DNA of 64,000 nt from Sphingomonadales bacterium (GTDB lineage Bacteria; Pseudomonadota; Alphaproteobacteria; Sphingomonadales; Kordiimonadaceae): contig JAALKD010000003.1 in NCBI GenBank assembly GCA_011088215.1, forward strand, positions 29,763 through 93,762, written 5' to 3'. Position numbers and translations under genes: made by a program. The notes under the pieces are model-generated. The model saw nothing but the letters and a program-made list of their open reading frames with translations, did no database searches and had not been told where the DNA came from. Below are positions 10,821-20,477 of this stretch, piece by piece; position 1 is the first letter of the stretch; every line of letters begins with the position of its first letter.

Positions 10821-11102
10821 TTATTTCCAGGGGTTATTTAGGTCTTTGCCTGCGGACAAGCCGGAAGATGCCTCATCACCATCTGCATCTTTGAAATAGT
10901 GCCAGGGAAGCAGTATCATGAACCCTAAAGCTGAGAGGCTTTTCAGCAAGGCACCGAGGGTTCCAAAAATATCACTTGGCCGCACATATACTTTAGTCGG
11001 CAACCCTTCGCCGCCTTCATTGGTAATGACAAGCCTATTGCCCTCACGGTACATGCGCCGGACGGTTAAATTCATATTGGCGAGTTTGCTGACTACCTTC
11101 AT
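10821..11102 (-). CDS. Small hypothetical protein with one C-terminal hydrophobic segment
   Basis: 93 aa, SD AGAGGA, 2 bp from the nitrilase stop and 28 bp from the kdgK start. Confidence 0.75.
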   Translation of the reverse strand: MKVVSKLANMNLTVRRMYREGNRLVITNEGGEGLPTKVYVRPSDIFGTLGALLKSLSALGFMILLPWHYFKDADGDEASSGLSAGKDLNNPWK

Positions 11103-11104
11103 GT

Positions 11105-12274
11105 TTAGTCCTCTCTCAGAAGGCCAATTTTCTGCGCGGCACGAATGCGCTCTTCGTGAAGGTTAGCCATGTCCTCAACTGTTTTCCCCGCAGGCGGCGT
11201 AAACTGACCGCGCCCATAAACATCAAGAAACACTTCCTTGAGCGGCTTCATCTTATCGGCCAGGTTTCGAGGCGGTTTGCCCGATGGGAACTGATTTGGC
11301 GGGTAAATCGGGTTCTCGTATATCTGTCTGAAGCCCTCGGTGCGCAAGTCGACCCAGGTATTGTGGTTACAGCGTGATCTATGCTCGCGCAGTGCCTCGA
11401 TATCGATCGGGCAACTGATCACCTGTTCTTCGGGATAGTCTGCGCGTCTAAGCACAAGACCGGTATAATCAATAATAAAAGAATGTCCCGGGCAAAAAGC
11501 ACGCGGATAGAATTTATGGTCTACGGTGCCCCAGTTTGATCCGAGCAAATAGCACATATTATCGTGCGCTCGCGTTCGCCGGGTAAAGGTCCAGAAATCC
11601 CAGGGTTCATTTACACCTTCAACCTCCTGAATAGCACCCGGGTGGCAAATGACTTCAGCGCCGTTATAGCCAAGCGCCCTTGATACTTCGGGCGTGCAGC
11701 CATCATGGCAGGTCATGGTACCAAGCTTGCCAATTTCGGTATCCACCACCGGAAACAGGTCTTTGATGTCTCCGCCAAAAGTGGCTGAATATTCTTCAAG
11801 CATATCGTGGGGGCTGGTGCCAAGACCAAGCGAAGCGTTGATATGCCATTTATGATATTTGAGGATAACCTCGCCGGATGGGCCGATGATGAACGCCGAG
11901 TTGAACCAACGATCAGGAAATTCCGGCAACCGCTCAATGATGCCGCCGCCTGAGATATAAATATTATACTCTTTTGCCTTCTCGCACAGGCGGCCAATTT
12001 CAGGGCCGTCGAAGGTTACAGCTTTTTTCATAAAGCCATCGAGGCCGTCTTCGCCTTTGCCCGGCGTGGTTACACCCTGCATAAAATATTCAGGCAGAAC
12101 CACCAATCGGGCTGGCAGTTCCCAGTGATACCCGACGCTGAAATCAATCATGTTACATACGCGGTCCAGGTTCTTTTGAACCGCTGATTGATCATCCGAT
12201 ATTGTCACCGCCGGCTGGATCACAAGCGCGGTGTATTTTTCGATCTTTCTTGATGGTTGGGACTCGGTGTTCAT
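11105..12274 (-). CDS. Nitrilase-superfamily carbon-nitrogen hydrolase (amidase-like)
   Basis: Glu-Lys-Cys triad motifs LPEYFMQG, KYHKWH and MTCHDG; also FNSAFIIGPSG and GHSFIIDYTG. Confidence 0.88.
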   Translation of the reverse strand: MNTESQPSRKIEKYTALVIQPAVTISDDQSAVQKNLDRVCNMIDFSVGYHWELPARLVVLPEYFMQGVTTPGKGEDGLDGFMKKAVTFDGPEIGRLCEKAKEYNIYISGGGIIERLPEFPDRWFNSAFIIGPSGEVILKYHKWHINASLGLGTSPHDMLEEYSATFGGDIKDLFPVVDTEIGKLGTMTCHDGCTPEVSRALGYNGAEVICHPGAIQEVEGVNEPWDFWTFTRRTRAHDNMCYLLGSNWGTVDHKFYPRAFCPGHSFIIDYTGLVLRRADYPEEQVISCPIDIEALREHRSRCNHNTWVDLRTEGFRQIYENPIYPPNQFPSGKPPRNLADKMKPLKEVFLDVYGRGQFTPPAGKTVEDMANLHEERIRAAQKIGLLRED

Positions 12275-12289
12275 AATCAAACCCTTGGT

Positions 12290-13861
12290 CTAAAAATCAT
12301 TTTTCTGCATGCCAAAATCTTCAAGCATAATATTGGCTGTAATGGTGCCCATCGCCGAAATGGCACCACCCGGGTGGCAGTGGGGGCCGGTCATATAGAG
12401 ACTTTTTATCGGTGAGCGATAATGGGCATATCCGGGGAAGGGGCGAAAATATCCCAACTGTGCCTGAATACGTTCGCCGCCGGTTGTAACACCGTCAACA
12501 AAACTGGGGTTAGCCGCTTCAAGGCTTTCACGCGTTTCAATGTAACGACCCAGTATATTCTCTTCCGTAATGTTCGGCGCATACTGCTGTAACTTTGGCA
12601 GCAGAATGTCGTCCACATAGTCTTCGCGGATATCATCCCAGGTTTGGCCGTCCTGCAACCAGTTTGAAACAAAGGTGTCAAAAATCAGGGTATGTTGTCC
12701 TTCGGGCGCGCGCGACGGGTCCACTACGGTCCAACAGGCGCTCCAAAGAAATGGATCGGTAGGCGGAATCCCCTGTGCGATTTCAGCATATTGCTTGAAT
12801 AACTGTGGTTCGGAATCCACAATTCGATGAAACGGGCAACTGCTCATCAATTCGCCGTTGGCAAAACGCGGCGCTTCTTTCAGCGCATAATGCACACGGC
12901 AGATAGTAATCTTACCGAAAGAAAAGCGCTCCACCTGCTGCTTGAATTCTGGCTCAAGGTGTTCCTCGCCAACAAACTTCAGGAAAGTCTGTTTAGGCTC
13001 AAGAGCGGAGACAACACCCAGACGCGCCCGAATATCTTCACCGGATTCCGTGGTCAGGCCAACACAGGCACCGCCCTCAATCAGGAACTTGTTTACTGCC
13101 GTACCGGTTAAGACCGAACCGCCGGAGGCGTTTATATAACGCATCATTGCATTTGGCAGTTCCTGACTGCCACCCTCAGGAATAGATTGGCCAAAAACAT
13201 GGATCGCAGGAATCATAATATAGAAAGACTGTCCCGCACCTTCTTGCTCCGGCAATATCTGCGGTGCCATGGCCCAGTTAAGCATTACGCCGCGTACAAA
13301 TGGATCTTCGAAATTATTGTCGACCCATGTCTTTGCGCTTAGGGAAAACTCCTGCATTCGGCGCAGCCCTTCATGACTATTTTCCATCGCTTGCGCCATG
13401 TAACTTGGCGGCACCGGCGGGGCGAAAAAAGCTTTCAGGAAGCCGTCTTTGATGGCTTCAAATTCGTCATGAACTGCGCGGTAACGCTCAGCGTCTTTTC
13501 GGCTGTATGCGGCAATGCTTTCCACAGTTTTATCGATGCTTCTGTAGATGACAATACCGGGCCCGCCGGTCTGGTCGGGGTGGCCAGTAATCTGATCATC
13601 AGACCAGATATATTTAAGGCCGTGTTTTTCAAGCTCCGGCCTGATTTCCTTAAAGTCTGGATTGCAGTGGATCCATACATGCGACGATCCAAACATGTCA
13701 TGCTTGAAACCAGGTACAGTAACTTCTCGGGTAACAGCACCACCACCAACCCAATCGTTGCGTTCAACTACACATACACTCAGGCCTTTTTTAGCGAGAA
13801 GGCTGGCACAAGCCAAACCGTTAACACCACCACCGGCGATTACGACGTCAAACTCTTTCAT
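12290..13861 (-). CDS. Phytoene-desaturase-like (CrtI/CrtO/PYROXD2-type) FAD oxidoreductase
   Basis: FDVVIAGGGVNGL...VVERNDWVGGGA Rossmann motif, PEGGSQEL, RPFPGYAHYRSPIKSLYMTG..HPGGAIS. Start trimmed to ATG 13861 (SD GAGG). Confidence 0.85.
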   Translation of the reverse strand: MKEFDVVIAGGGVNGLACASLLAKKGLSVCVVERNDWVGGGAVTREVTVPGFKHDMFGSSHVWIHCNPDFKEIRPELEKHGLKYIWSDDQITGHPDQTGGPGIVIYRSIDKTVESIAAYSRKDAERYRAVHDEFEAIKDGFLKAFFAPPVPPSYMAQAMENSHEGLRRMQEFSLSAKTWVDNNFEDPFVRGVMLNWAMAPQILPEQEGAGQSFYIMIPAIHVFGQSIPEGGSQELPNAMMRYINASGGSVLTGTAVNKFLIEGGACVGLTTESGEDIRARLGVVSALEPKQTFLKFVGEEHLEPEFKQQVERFSFGKITICRVHYALKEAPRFANGELMSSCPFHRIVDSEPQLFKQYAEIAQGIPPTDPFLWSACWTVVDPSRAPEGQHTLIFDTFVSNWLQDGQTWDDIREDYVDDILLPKLQQYAPNITEENILGRYIETRESLEAANPSFVDGVTTGGERIQAQLGYFRPFPGYAHYRSPIKSLYMTGPHCHPGGAISAMGTITANIMLEDFGMQKNDF

Positions 13862-13996
13862 CCCGACCTCATACAAGGGTTCACATTCTATTGTGGATAT
13901 CGCGGCCATGCTTAATCAGGCAAATGACTGAATCTCATCAGCTATTAGAAATTCTGATCAGGAGGACCAGGGCAATCAGCCTTCATTCTTTTTGGC

Positions 13997-14785
13997 TCAT
14001 TTTTCTGCGCCGGATACTCGCCGAATGAATTGCTGACGGCCTGATTGCTCACTCAATCCAAGCTGGAGAAAAACGGACCGGGCCTGATCGCCGATTGGGT
14101 TCCGAAGAAGGTGAGCTGGCTGCTCAATCAATTGGATAATTTCTTCGGCTGTTTCTTTGGCTGACGGTAAAGGTGGTTTTTGGTGAGCGCTTTTGTCCGT
14201 TGTTGGGTGTGCATTAGCATCGGCATCGGTCTGTTGGCCGGTAAGGCCAGACTGGAATGCCCCTGGCTCGGCCAGTTGCACGCCAATATTCCATGGGACC
14301 AGCTCAAAAAACAAACTCTCGGCTATCGCTTCTAAGGCATGTTTGCTGGCTGCATATATGCCGTCACCGGGCAAAGAAACTAAACCTGAGAGCGAAGAGA
14401 TCATAATAACGCGTCCCGCTTTTTGCTGCTGAAATAGAGGCAAAAATGCCCGTGTTACAGCAAGCGCACCAAAGAAATTTACATCAAAGGTCCGCCTGAC
14501 ATCGGCGTCTTCCACACTATCTGCTGGCCCACCGGAATATATGCCCGCGTTATTGACAAGCGCGGTGAGGCCGTATCCAGCCTGCTCAACCTTATGCACC
14601 GCCTTAATGATGTGGGTAGGGTTAGTGACATCCAGCTTCAATGGAATAATGTTACTATCACCCTTGAAATCCGCGGCGACTTCCCGCATGCCAGCAAAAA
14701 CTTTGTATCCTGCGTTGCCAAAACCTTGAGAGAGGGCTGTGCCCAACCCTCTGCTTGCGCCAGTAATTAAAACTGTCTTGGTCAT
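13997..14785 (-). CDS. Short-chain dehydrogenase/reductase (SDR)
   Basis: TGASRGLG, LVNNAG, MISS, YAASK. Confidence 0.9.
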   Translation of the reverse strand: MTKTVLITGASRGLGTALSQGFGNAGYKVFAGMREVAADFKGDSNIIPLKLDVTNPTHIIKAVHKVEQAGYGLTALVNNAGIYSGGPADSVEDADVRRTFDVNFFGALAVTRAFLPLFQQQKAGRVIMISSLSGLVSLPGDGIYAASKHALEAIAESLFFELVPWNIGVQLAEPGAFQSGLTGQQTDADANAHPTTDKSAHQKPPLPSAKETAEEIIQLIEQPAHLLRNPIGDQARSVFLQLGLSEQSGRQQFIRRVSGAEK

Positions 14786-15009
14786 ATCAACTCCACCCAT
14801 ACCTTAAGACAAGGCATCATACTCGGTGGCCGCCGGATTTTCAGATGAACATGCCTCACTATACTTAACCAAGACTTATGCTGTTTGCCCGAACGCCATA
14901 AGCCGCGCTGATGACCCCCACAAAAAACCTCACTTGTCAGTACATTGAATGTCGCTAGCATAGCGCTGCATCAAACCGGCCAATGCGCCAGGACAGAGGA
15001 AGCATATCT

Positions 15010-16143
15010 ATGCCGCTTATCACGGATGAAAATATTTTCGCACTGGTAGCTGTTATTTTCGCCTTGTCTTTCCTTGGTTTTTGGGCCGACAAGCATTCAA
15101 TAGCTAGCAAAATACCGGGTGTCGTCTGGGTGTTGGTTGCGGGTATTATTCTTTCAAATACCGGGGTTATCCCGCTATCTGCGCCGTCCTACGATTTCGT
15201 CGGCGGCTATATAATGCCACTGGGCATACCGTTATTGTTATACCGCGCCAATATCCGGCAGGTTTTTCAGGAAAGCGGGATGGTGTTACCCATATTCCTG
15301 TTGGCTGCCTCCACCACCGCGGTGGGCGCCGTTGTCGGGTTTTACCTGTTTGACCTGGGTGAAATCGGGGCGAAAGTTGCGGGCGTGTACGGCGGTGCCT
15401 ACATCGGCGGCATGGTAAATTTTGTTGCGATTGCGGAAGTTGCTGAACTTAACCCCACACAGTTCAGCACGCTCCTGAGCCCTAGCGCTCCGGTAAGCAT
15501 TATCGCGCTAATGACGCTGATCACCATCCCGTCAATTGGTATGATCAGCCGCCACTTCACCCTAAGGGACCACGGCCAATCCAGCCTCAATGATGAAACC
15601 CAAGTGGAAGAAGATACTCGGCCCCAATTTCGCCTGCGCCAAACCACCGCTGCGCTCGGGTTGAGCGCCGCCATATGTGCGGTCGGCAGCTATATTGGCG
15701 CAGAGCTTGGTATTCCAAATTACAGTCTCTTCTTTATCACTCTGATTACTGTCATTCTCGCCAATGTAATGCCAAGTCAACTGTCCCGGTTAACCGGGGA
15801 TTTTGAACTTGGCATGGTCTGCATGTATTTGTTTTTTGCGGTTATTGGCGCCGGGACCAATGCAACCGCTTTTGCCGACAATGCCCTTACCTATTTTGGA
15901 TTTGGCCTTTTCATCGTCAGCTTCCACATTGCCCTGACGCTGTTGTTGGCGCGAATTTTCAAATTTGATCTGGCAGAAACAATTGTCGCCTCAGGTGCCG
16001 CCCTGGTGGGCGCAGCGGCAACCGCTGGGGTGGCGTCTTCGAAAGGGTGGAAAAACCTGATCACCCCCGCAATCACCACCGGCATGTTGGGGTATGTGGT
16101 CGCCAACTTTGTCGGCGTAGCTATCCTCAACTTCCTAAGCTGA
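15010..16143 (+). CDS. DUF819-like multi-pass membrane protein (putative transporter)
   Basis: About 10-11 hydrophobic helices; PLGIPLLLYRAN, GAYIGGMVNF, YLFFAVIGA. SD GAGGA before ATG 15010. Confidence 0.75.
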   Translation: MPLITDENIFALVAVIFALSFLGFWADKHSIASKIPGVVWVLVAGIILSNTGVIPLSAPSYDFVGGYIMPLGIPLLLYRANIRQVFQESGMVLPIFLLAASTTAVGAVVGFYLFDLGEIGAKVAGVYGGAYIGGMVNFVAIAEVAELNPTQFSTLLSPSAPVSIIALMTLITIPSIGMISRHFTLRDHGQSSLNDETQVEEDTRPQFRLRQTTAALGLSAAICAVGSYIGAELGIPNYSLFFITLITVILANVMPSQLSRLTGDFELGMVCMYLFFAVIGAGTNATAFADNALTYFGFGLFIVSFHIALTLLLARIFKFDLAETIVASGAALVGAAATAGVASSKGWKNLITPAITTGMLGYVVANFVGVAILNFLS

Positions 16144-16289
16144 AGTCTTACAAAATCTGCCAACTAAATTCCTGAAACCAGCAAGCCTCTGTGACCGGAG
16201 TCCGTTAAACCCGGGCTGTGCAAGTGGTGCTAATCTGTCGGGCATTCATTGAGCTTTTCCCCGACAATACCGTGATAATTTACACAGTA

Positions 16290-17870
16290 TTATCCCAGGC
16301 CCAGCGAGCCCGGGTTAACTACGCCCTTCTCGTCTACCAAAGCTTTTATACCATCCACGAGTTTGCCAGTCGTGTCAGCGCGTGTAGAGCGGTATGGATA
16401 GGTTCGTCCAATCTGGAAATGTACGCCGTTATATTTCCCGAAAATATCGATCACCTTGTGACGTAACCTACCCACAAATGCTGTTGCACTGGGGTTGGGC
16501 TCGAACTTTTCAGTTTTTGAAAGCACGTGTGCTTCAACTGTACGGCGGTGTATCTCGTTCAATTCCTCGGGCCATAAAAACACCGGCTCAACAAGATATC
16601 CATTGTTAGACAGTGTGGTCAAAAGATAGCCAGTCAAAACCCCGAACCGATCCAGTTCTTGTTTATTCTGTTCGAACAACTCTTCGATATCCGCTATGCA
16701 TTTTGGGCCATCTGACATGGCGACAATACCATGGACCGGAACCCACCTTTCGCCTTTGGGCCCCACGATATTATTAAGTGGTGTGAATGGGTTGGAGCGG
16801 ATGATTTTTGGGATAGAGTTTTCTATTTTCACCCCATTGTGACGGCGCGCAATTTCCTCCAGCGTGGTCATTTTTGCCGCCACCTCAGCTTGGGAATGCC
16901 CTTCGATAACCATGTGGACCGAATAAGCGACCTCCTCCATGTAGCCCCGTCCTGCAATCGCCACTTTGGCGCCCTCCTTAAGGCCTTTCAGGAGATTTTT
17001 CTGCCCCGTGATGACATTCTTGAGTGTCGAAACGTCTGACATCAGGCTCGCGCGTTCCATGCGCACACGTTGCAAGTTTGGATCGAACCCGAATAATTCG
17101 CACGCCAAACCCAGTCTACCGGCCTCCGCCATAAAAGCGGACCAGTCATCAAGCATTTCGAAATTATAGCTTGCCCAATCTTCGGCCTGCGGTGTTTTGA
17201 TAAGTCTGAACGACGCTTCCGCCTTATAGCCAAATGACCCTGCGTCAGAGAGGAACAGGCCAGTGAGATCAGGACCATATTGCCGGAAAAATGGCTTGCC
17301 GCCAACAGCGCCTGCGCTGCCAGTTTTAACTACACTACCATCGGCCAGAACAACCGTAAGGGACGTCACACTGTCGGTTGATGGCCCGTAAGTTCCTGCG
17401 CCAAAAAAGGCATTGTTCTGGGACAGGCCACCGCCAATTGTTGAGCTTATCCCCGAAAGGGGCCCCCAAAAGGGTGTGCGAACTCCAAGTGGTTTGAGTG
17501 CCTCATAAAGCGTTTGCCATGTGCAGCCAGCTTCAACCGTTACATACATATCCTCGGTGTTAACCTCTAGGATCTTATCCATCTTGCTGAGGTCAAGGAT
17601 GGCTGATTTGGACTTGGTTGGGGTGAAGCCACCTGTATAGGACATACCGCCGCCGCGTGGATTGATTGTCAAGCCGGCGTTGGATATCAGTTTAACTGCT
17701 TGCGCCAGTTCGTCAGTGCTTCGAGGTGAAGCCACTACATCTGCTGTCGTGCCTGTGGCCCATATATCTTGGCTAAAAAACGCTATCTCATTTTCATCAA
17801 GGCAAACGTTTTCTGTCCCAAGCAATTGTTGCAATGACTTCAACGCAAGGCCGCTTTCGGTAGTTTGCAT
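16290..17870 (-). CDS. FAD-linked oxidoreductase (VAO/PCMH, GlcD-like family)
   Basis: PRGGGMSYTGG, TVEAGCTW, STIGGGLSQN, GLFLSDAGSFG, VVNPGSLGL. ATG at 17888 is an alternative start. Confidence 0.85.
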   Translation of the reverse strand: MQTTESGLALKSLQQLLGTENVCLDENEIAFFSQDIWATGTTADVVASPRSTDELAQAVKLISNAGLTINPRGGGMSYTGGFTPTKSKSAILDLSKMDKILEVNTEDMYVTVEAGCTWQTLYEALKPLGVRTPFWGPLSGISSTIGGGLSQNNAFFGAGTYGPSTDSVTSLTVVLADGSVVKTGSAGAVGGKPFFRQYGPDLTGLFLSDAGSFGYKAEASFRLIKTPQAEDWASYNFEMLDDWSAFMAEAGRLGLACELFGFDPNLQRVRMERASLMSDVSTLKNVITGQKNLLKGLKEGAKVAIAGRGYMEEVAYSVHMVIEGHSQAEVAAKMTTLEEIARRHNGVKIENSIPKIIRSNPFTPLNNIVGPKGERWVPVHGIVAMSDGPKCIADIEELFEQNKQELDRFGVLTGYLLTTLSNNGYLVEPVFLWPEELNEIHRRTVEAHVLSKTEKFEPNPSATAFVGRLRHKVIDIFGKYNGVHFQIGRTYPYRSTRADTTGKLVDGIKALVDEKGVVNPGSLGLG

Positions 17871-17993
17871 GAAACTCTTCCCACTCATTCCCGTGCACCT
17901 ATTGCGCAGCGTTGGGTCTATTAGATGCCGACCACTGGACAGACGCATTGATGGAGATCAACGGCGCATTTACCTGTTTGGCGGCGCCGTAGT

Positions 17994-19271
17994 CTATTCC
18001 GCAGCCATTGATTTTTGCTGCCTATCGAAGGTCGGTTGCTGGCCAAGGAACAGGAGTATGACAGCGCCAAAAACAAATCCTATACCTGCGATTGTCAAAA
18101 TCAGATCGTACGACCCGGTAGCGATCTGAACTTTGTTATAGACGAAGGGCGATACTCCCGCGCCAACGCCGTATAACGCATAAATGATCGCATATGTGCG
18201 CCCATATGACCGCATACCAAAATAGCGGCTGGTTAAGAACGCCATCATGTCATACTCAACGCCCGCCGCAAGACCAGTGATTGCAAGGGCAAGTGAGTTC
18301 ATAAGCATACTGGACTGCTCCTGCATCAGGAGATAGCAGGCGATCACCGGGACAATCATAAAAACAAATGCCACTCCTGGGGGCCAGAAGCGATCAAGCA
18401 GATACCCCCCGAGCGCGCGGCCAAACAGGACTGAAAGCCCGGTGATGCCTACGCCTGTCAACAACGATGTGGCGGCTTGCGGGGTATAGCCTTTGTCAAG
18501 AAGGATCAAAACACTGTTGGCAAGAATTCCTGAGATCGCCGCACCCAACACAAAGAAGGAGGCCAGAAAAATATAAAACCGGTAGTTTCGAACAATCTCT
18601 GCCATTGTCATCCCATATGTTTCAACAGGCATGGGATCATCAGAGGTCATGATAATTTTTTTCTTATCGACCGATTTGTCGCTGAAAAGGAAAAAGGCAA
18701 TTGGGAAAGCGAAAACTATGGGAAGCGCACCAACACCAATATAGGCCGCTTTCCAACCCCAACCGTCAATAAGCCATTGAACATATGTTGGTGCGAAAAA
18801 GCCGTAAATTCCGGTGCCTGTCAACGCCACTCCAAGCGCGATGCCCCTCGTCTTGTCAAAGCTATTATTAATTGCTTTGGTCCAGGTAATGGGAAGCGTT
18901 CCAACGCTGAGCGTCGCCATCAATGTGAAGATAAGATAGAAAGCCCAAAGACTGCCATCCATGAATATGAATGTCATCATGGTCAGCCCAAGAATAATGG
19001 TAGACGGCAGAACAACCTTGCGAGGCCCATAGCGGTCGGTAAAGTATCCGGCAACCGGCGCACCAATAAAAACACCAATTGTCATACAGAAAAAACCAAA
19101 AGTTACTTCCGCCCGATCCCAGCCAAACTCTTTGATTAATTCGGGTGCCAGAACGCCTAACGAATAATACGGCAAGGGGCTAAGGCAAAAGGCGATCCCG
19201 ACAAGCGAGGATACAACAATTGGCCAACCCTTTGCCCATTCTGTCAGGCCGTTTTCCATTTGATGGCTCAT
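17994..19271 (-). CDS. MFS transporter
   Basis: 12 hydrophobic segments; motif A GYFTDRYGPRKV and second-half GYLLDRFW. Confidence 0.9.
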   Translation of the reverse strand: MSHQMENGLTEWAKGWPIVVSSLVGIAFCLSPLPYYSLGVLAPELIKEFGWDRAEVTFGFFCMTIGVFIGAPVAGYFTDRYGPRKVVLPSTIILGLTMMTFIFMDGSLWAFYLIFTLMATLSVGTLPITWTKAINNSFDKTRGIALGVALTGTGIYGFFAPTYVQWLIDGWGWKAAYIGVGALPIVFAFPIAFFLFSDKSVDKKKIIMTSDDPMPVETYGMTMAEIVRNYRFYIFLASFFVLGAAISGILANSVLILLDKGYTPQAATSLLTGVGITGLSVLFGRALGGYLLDRFWPPGVAFVFMIVPVIACYLLMQEQSSMLMNSLALAITGLAAGVEYDMMAFLTSRYFGMRSYGRTYAIIYALYGVGAGVSPFVYNKVQIATGSYDLILTIAGIGFVFGAVILLFLGQQPTFDRQQKSMAAE

Positions 19272-19314
19272 GCGTAATCCCTGCCCAATAACTTGTTATG
19301 TAACATCGTCAGTA

Positions 19315-19338
19315 GTATTATTCATATAACATTAATAC
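19315..19338. promoter_or_regulatory. 24-bp interrupted palindrome, candidate operator
   Basis: GTATTATTCATATAACATTAATAC; its reverse complement matches 22965-22988 at 22 of 24 positions. It lies between the divergent MFS and yciI genes. Confidence 0.7.
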
Positions 19339-19545
19339 ATTTAAATGCAATTGCGAGGTAAAACTCATGAAATATCCATGCTTGCACAATCAGTTGGCAA
19401 ACTTTCACACCCTTCTGATAGTGGCGGCTTGAATGTGAGCTACCGGGAATAATTGATGTGACGTTGATCCAAGTCAGATAACCAACCTGACATATTGCTA
19501 TAATGAAAGCGAGAATTACCCCTTGAGGTCTATAGGAGATATTTT

Positions 19546-19917
19546 GTGCCAGATACTGCCCCTCGTGTCGCTAAACTGGCTTCACAGACTTTTCTCGTAA
19601 TTTGCAAGGACGGTCCAAAAACGGAACCCCTCAGACGCAAACACCTGGAGGGTCATCTGATCTACATTGAGCACAATAATGATCGATACAGAGTCGCTGG
19701 CCCTATGCGAAATGAACAAGACGGCGCAATTGTTGGAAGCTTCTTTTTGGTCAGAGGCAAAGATGAGAAAGACGCAAGAGACTTCCTATCTGGCGACCCC
19801 TATTTCTCATCCAAAATGTACAACAGTGTTGAATTTTTTAACATCGTTCCTGCATGCGGGTCGTGGATGAAGGGTGTTATATGGGACCGCGAAGAAGCAG
19901 TCCGTCAGCACGGTTAG
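19546..19917 (+). CDS. YciI-family protein (dimeric alpha/beta barrel)
   Basis: LRRKHLEGHLIYI, VAGPM, GSFFLV, ARDFLSGDPYF. GTG start after SD AGGAG. Confidence 0.85.
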   Translation: MPDTAPRVAKLASQTFLVICKDGPKTEPLRRKHLEGHLIYIEHNNDRYRVAGPMRNEQDGAIVGSFFLVRGKDEKDARDFLSGDPYFSSKMYNSVEFFNIVPACGSWMKGVIWDREEAVRQHG

Positions 19918-19927
19918 GAGCTCAGTT

Positions 19928-20386
19928 ATGAATGATGCCGCTGAATTCCGCAAAGCCATGCCAAGCATGTTGAGGCACGAGGGCATTTGGGAAGGTGTGT
20001 ATACTCACGTCGATGAGAAAGCCACTATCATCGACCAGCACAGAGCCCGTGTTGTTTGCGAATTTCCAACCGATGGGCCTTTCGTCTATATCCAGCACAA
20101 CCATTTCATATGGGGCGATGGCCGAGAACATAAGGTTCAGTTGCCCGGGGTATTCCGAGATGGACGGCTTTGGTGGGACACCGAAACCTTTCACGGCTCC
20201 GCGTGGGAAACATCAGATGGCCTGGTCCTTCTCAATCTGGATCGGAAAGACGAGCCAGGAGCCAGTTTTTTTGAGATGATTGCTTTGGGCGATACCGGAA
20301 AACACCGGGCACGGACATGGCATTGGTTCAAAGACGGTAAGCTTTTTAAGCGAACGTTATGTGATGAGACATTGATTGGACGTTAG
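19928..20386 (+). CDS. DUF3598-like all-beta (lipocalin/FABP-like barrel) protein
   Basis: Beta-strand pattern with WEGVYTH near the N-terminus and RARTWHWFKDG...RTLCDE. SD AGGAG before ATG 19928. Family recalled from memory. Confidence 0.65.
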   Translation: MNDAAEFRKAMPSMLRHEGIWEGVYTHVDEKATIIDQHRARVVCEFPTDGPFVYIQHNHFIWGDGREHKVQLPGVFRDGRLWWDTETFHGSAWETSDGLVLLNLDRKDEPGASFFEMIALGDTGKHRARTWHWFKDGKLFKRTLCDETLIGR

Positions 20387-20420
20387 TCTGACAAGTTCGT
20401 AATCAATATTAACTCCAAGT

Positions 20421-20457
20421 AAAAAGCCTGAGAGTTATGCTCTCAGGCTTAGTTTTT
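20421..20457. terminator. Bidirectional intrinsic terminator
   Basis: 11-bp stem AAGCCTGAGAG/CTCTCAGGCTT, 5-nt loop, A-run and T-run flanks, between convergent genes. Confidence 0.85.
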
Positions 20458-20477
20458 ATGCATTCCAGTGAGATGCC

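Noticed and set aside
12290-13861. Carotenoid biosynthesis (crtI/crtO)
   Set aside because: No crtE, crtB or crtY nearby; its neighbours are a nitrilase-family hydrolase and an SDR.
14950-14970. Sigma-54-like promoter before DUF819 (TAGCAT...CTGCA)
   Set aside because: The GG dinucleotide is missing and the -24/-12 spacing is off by one.
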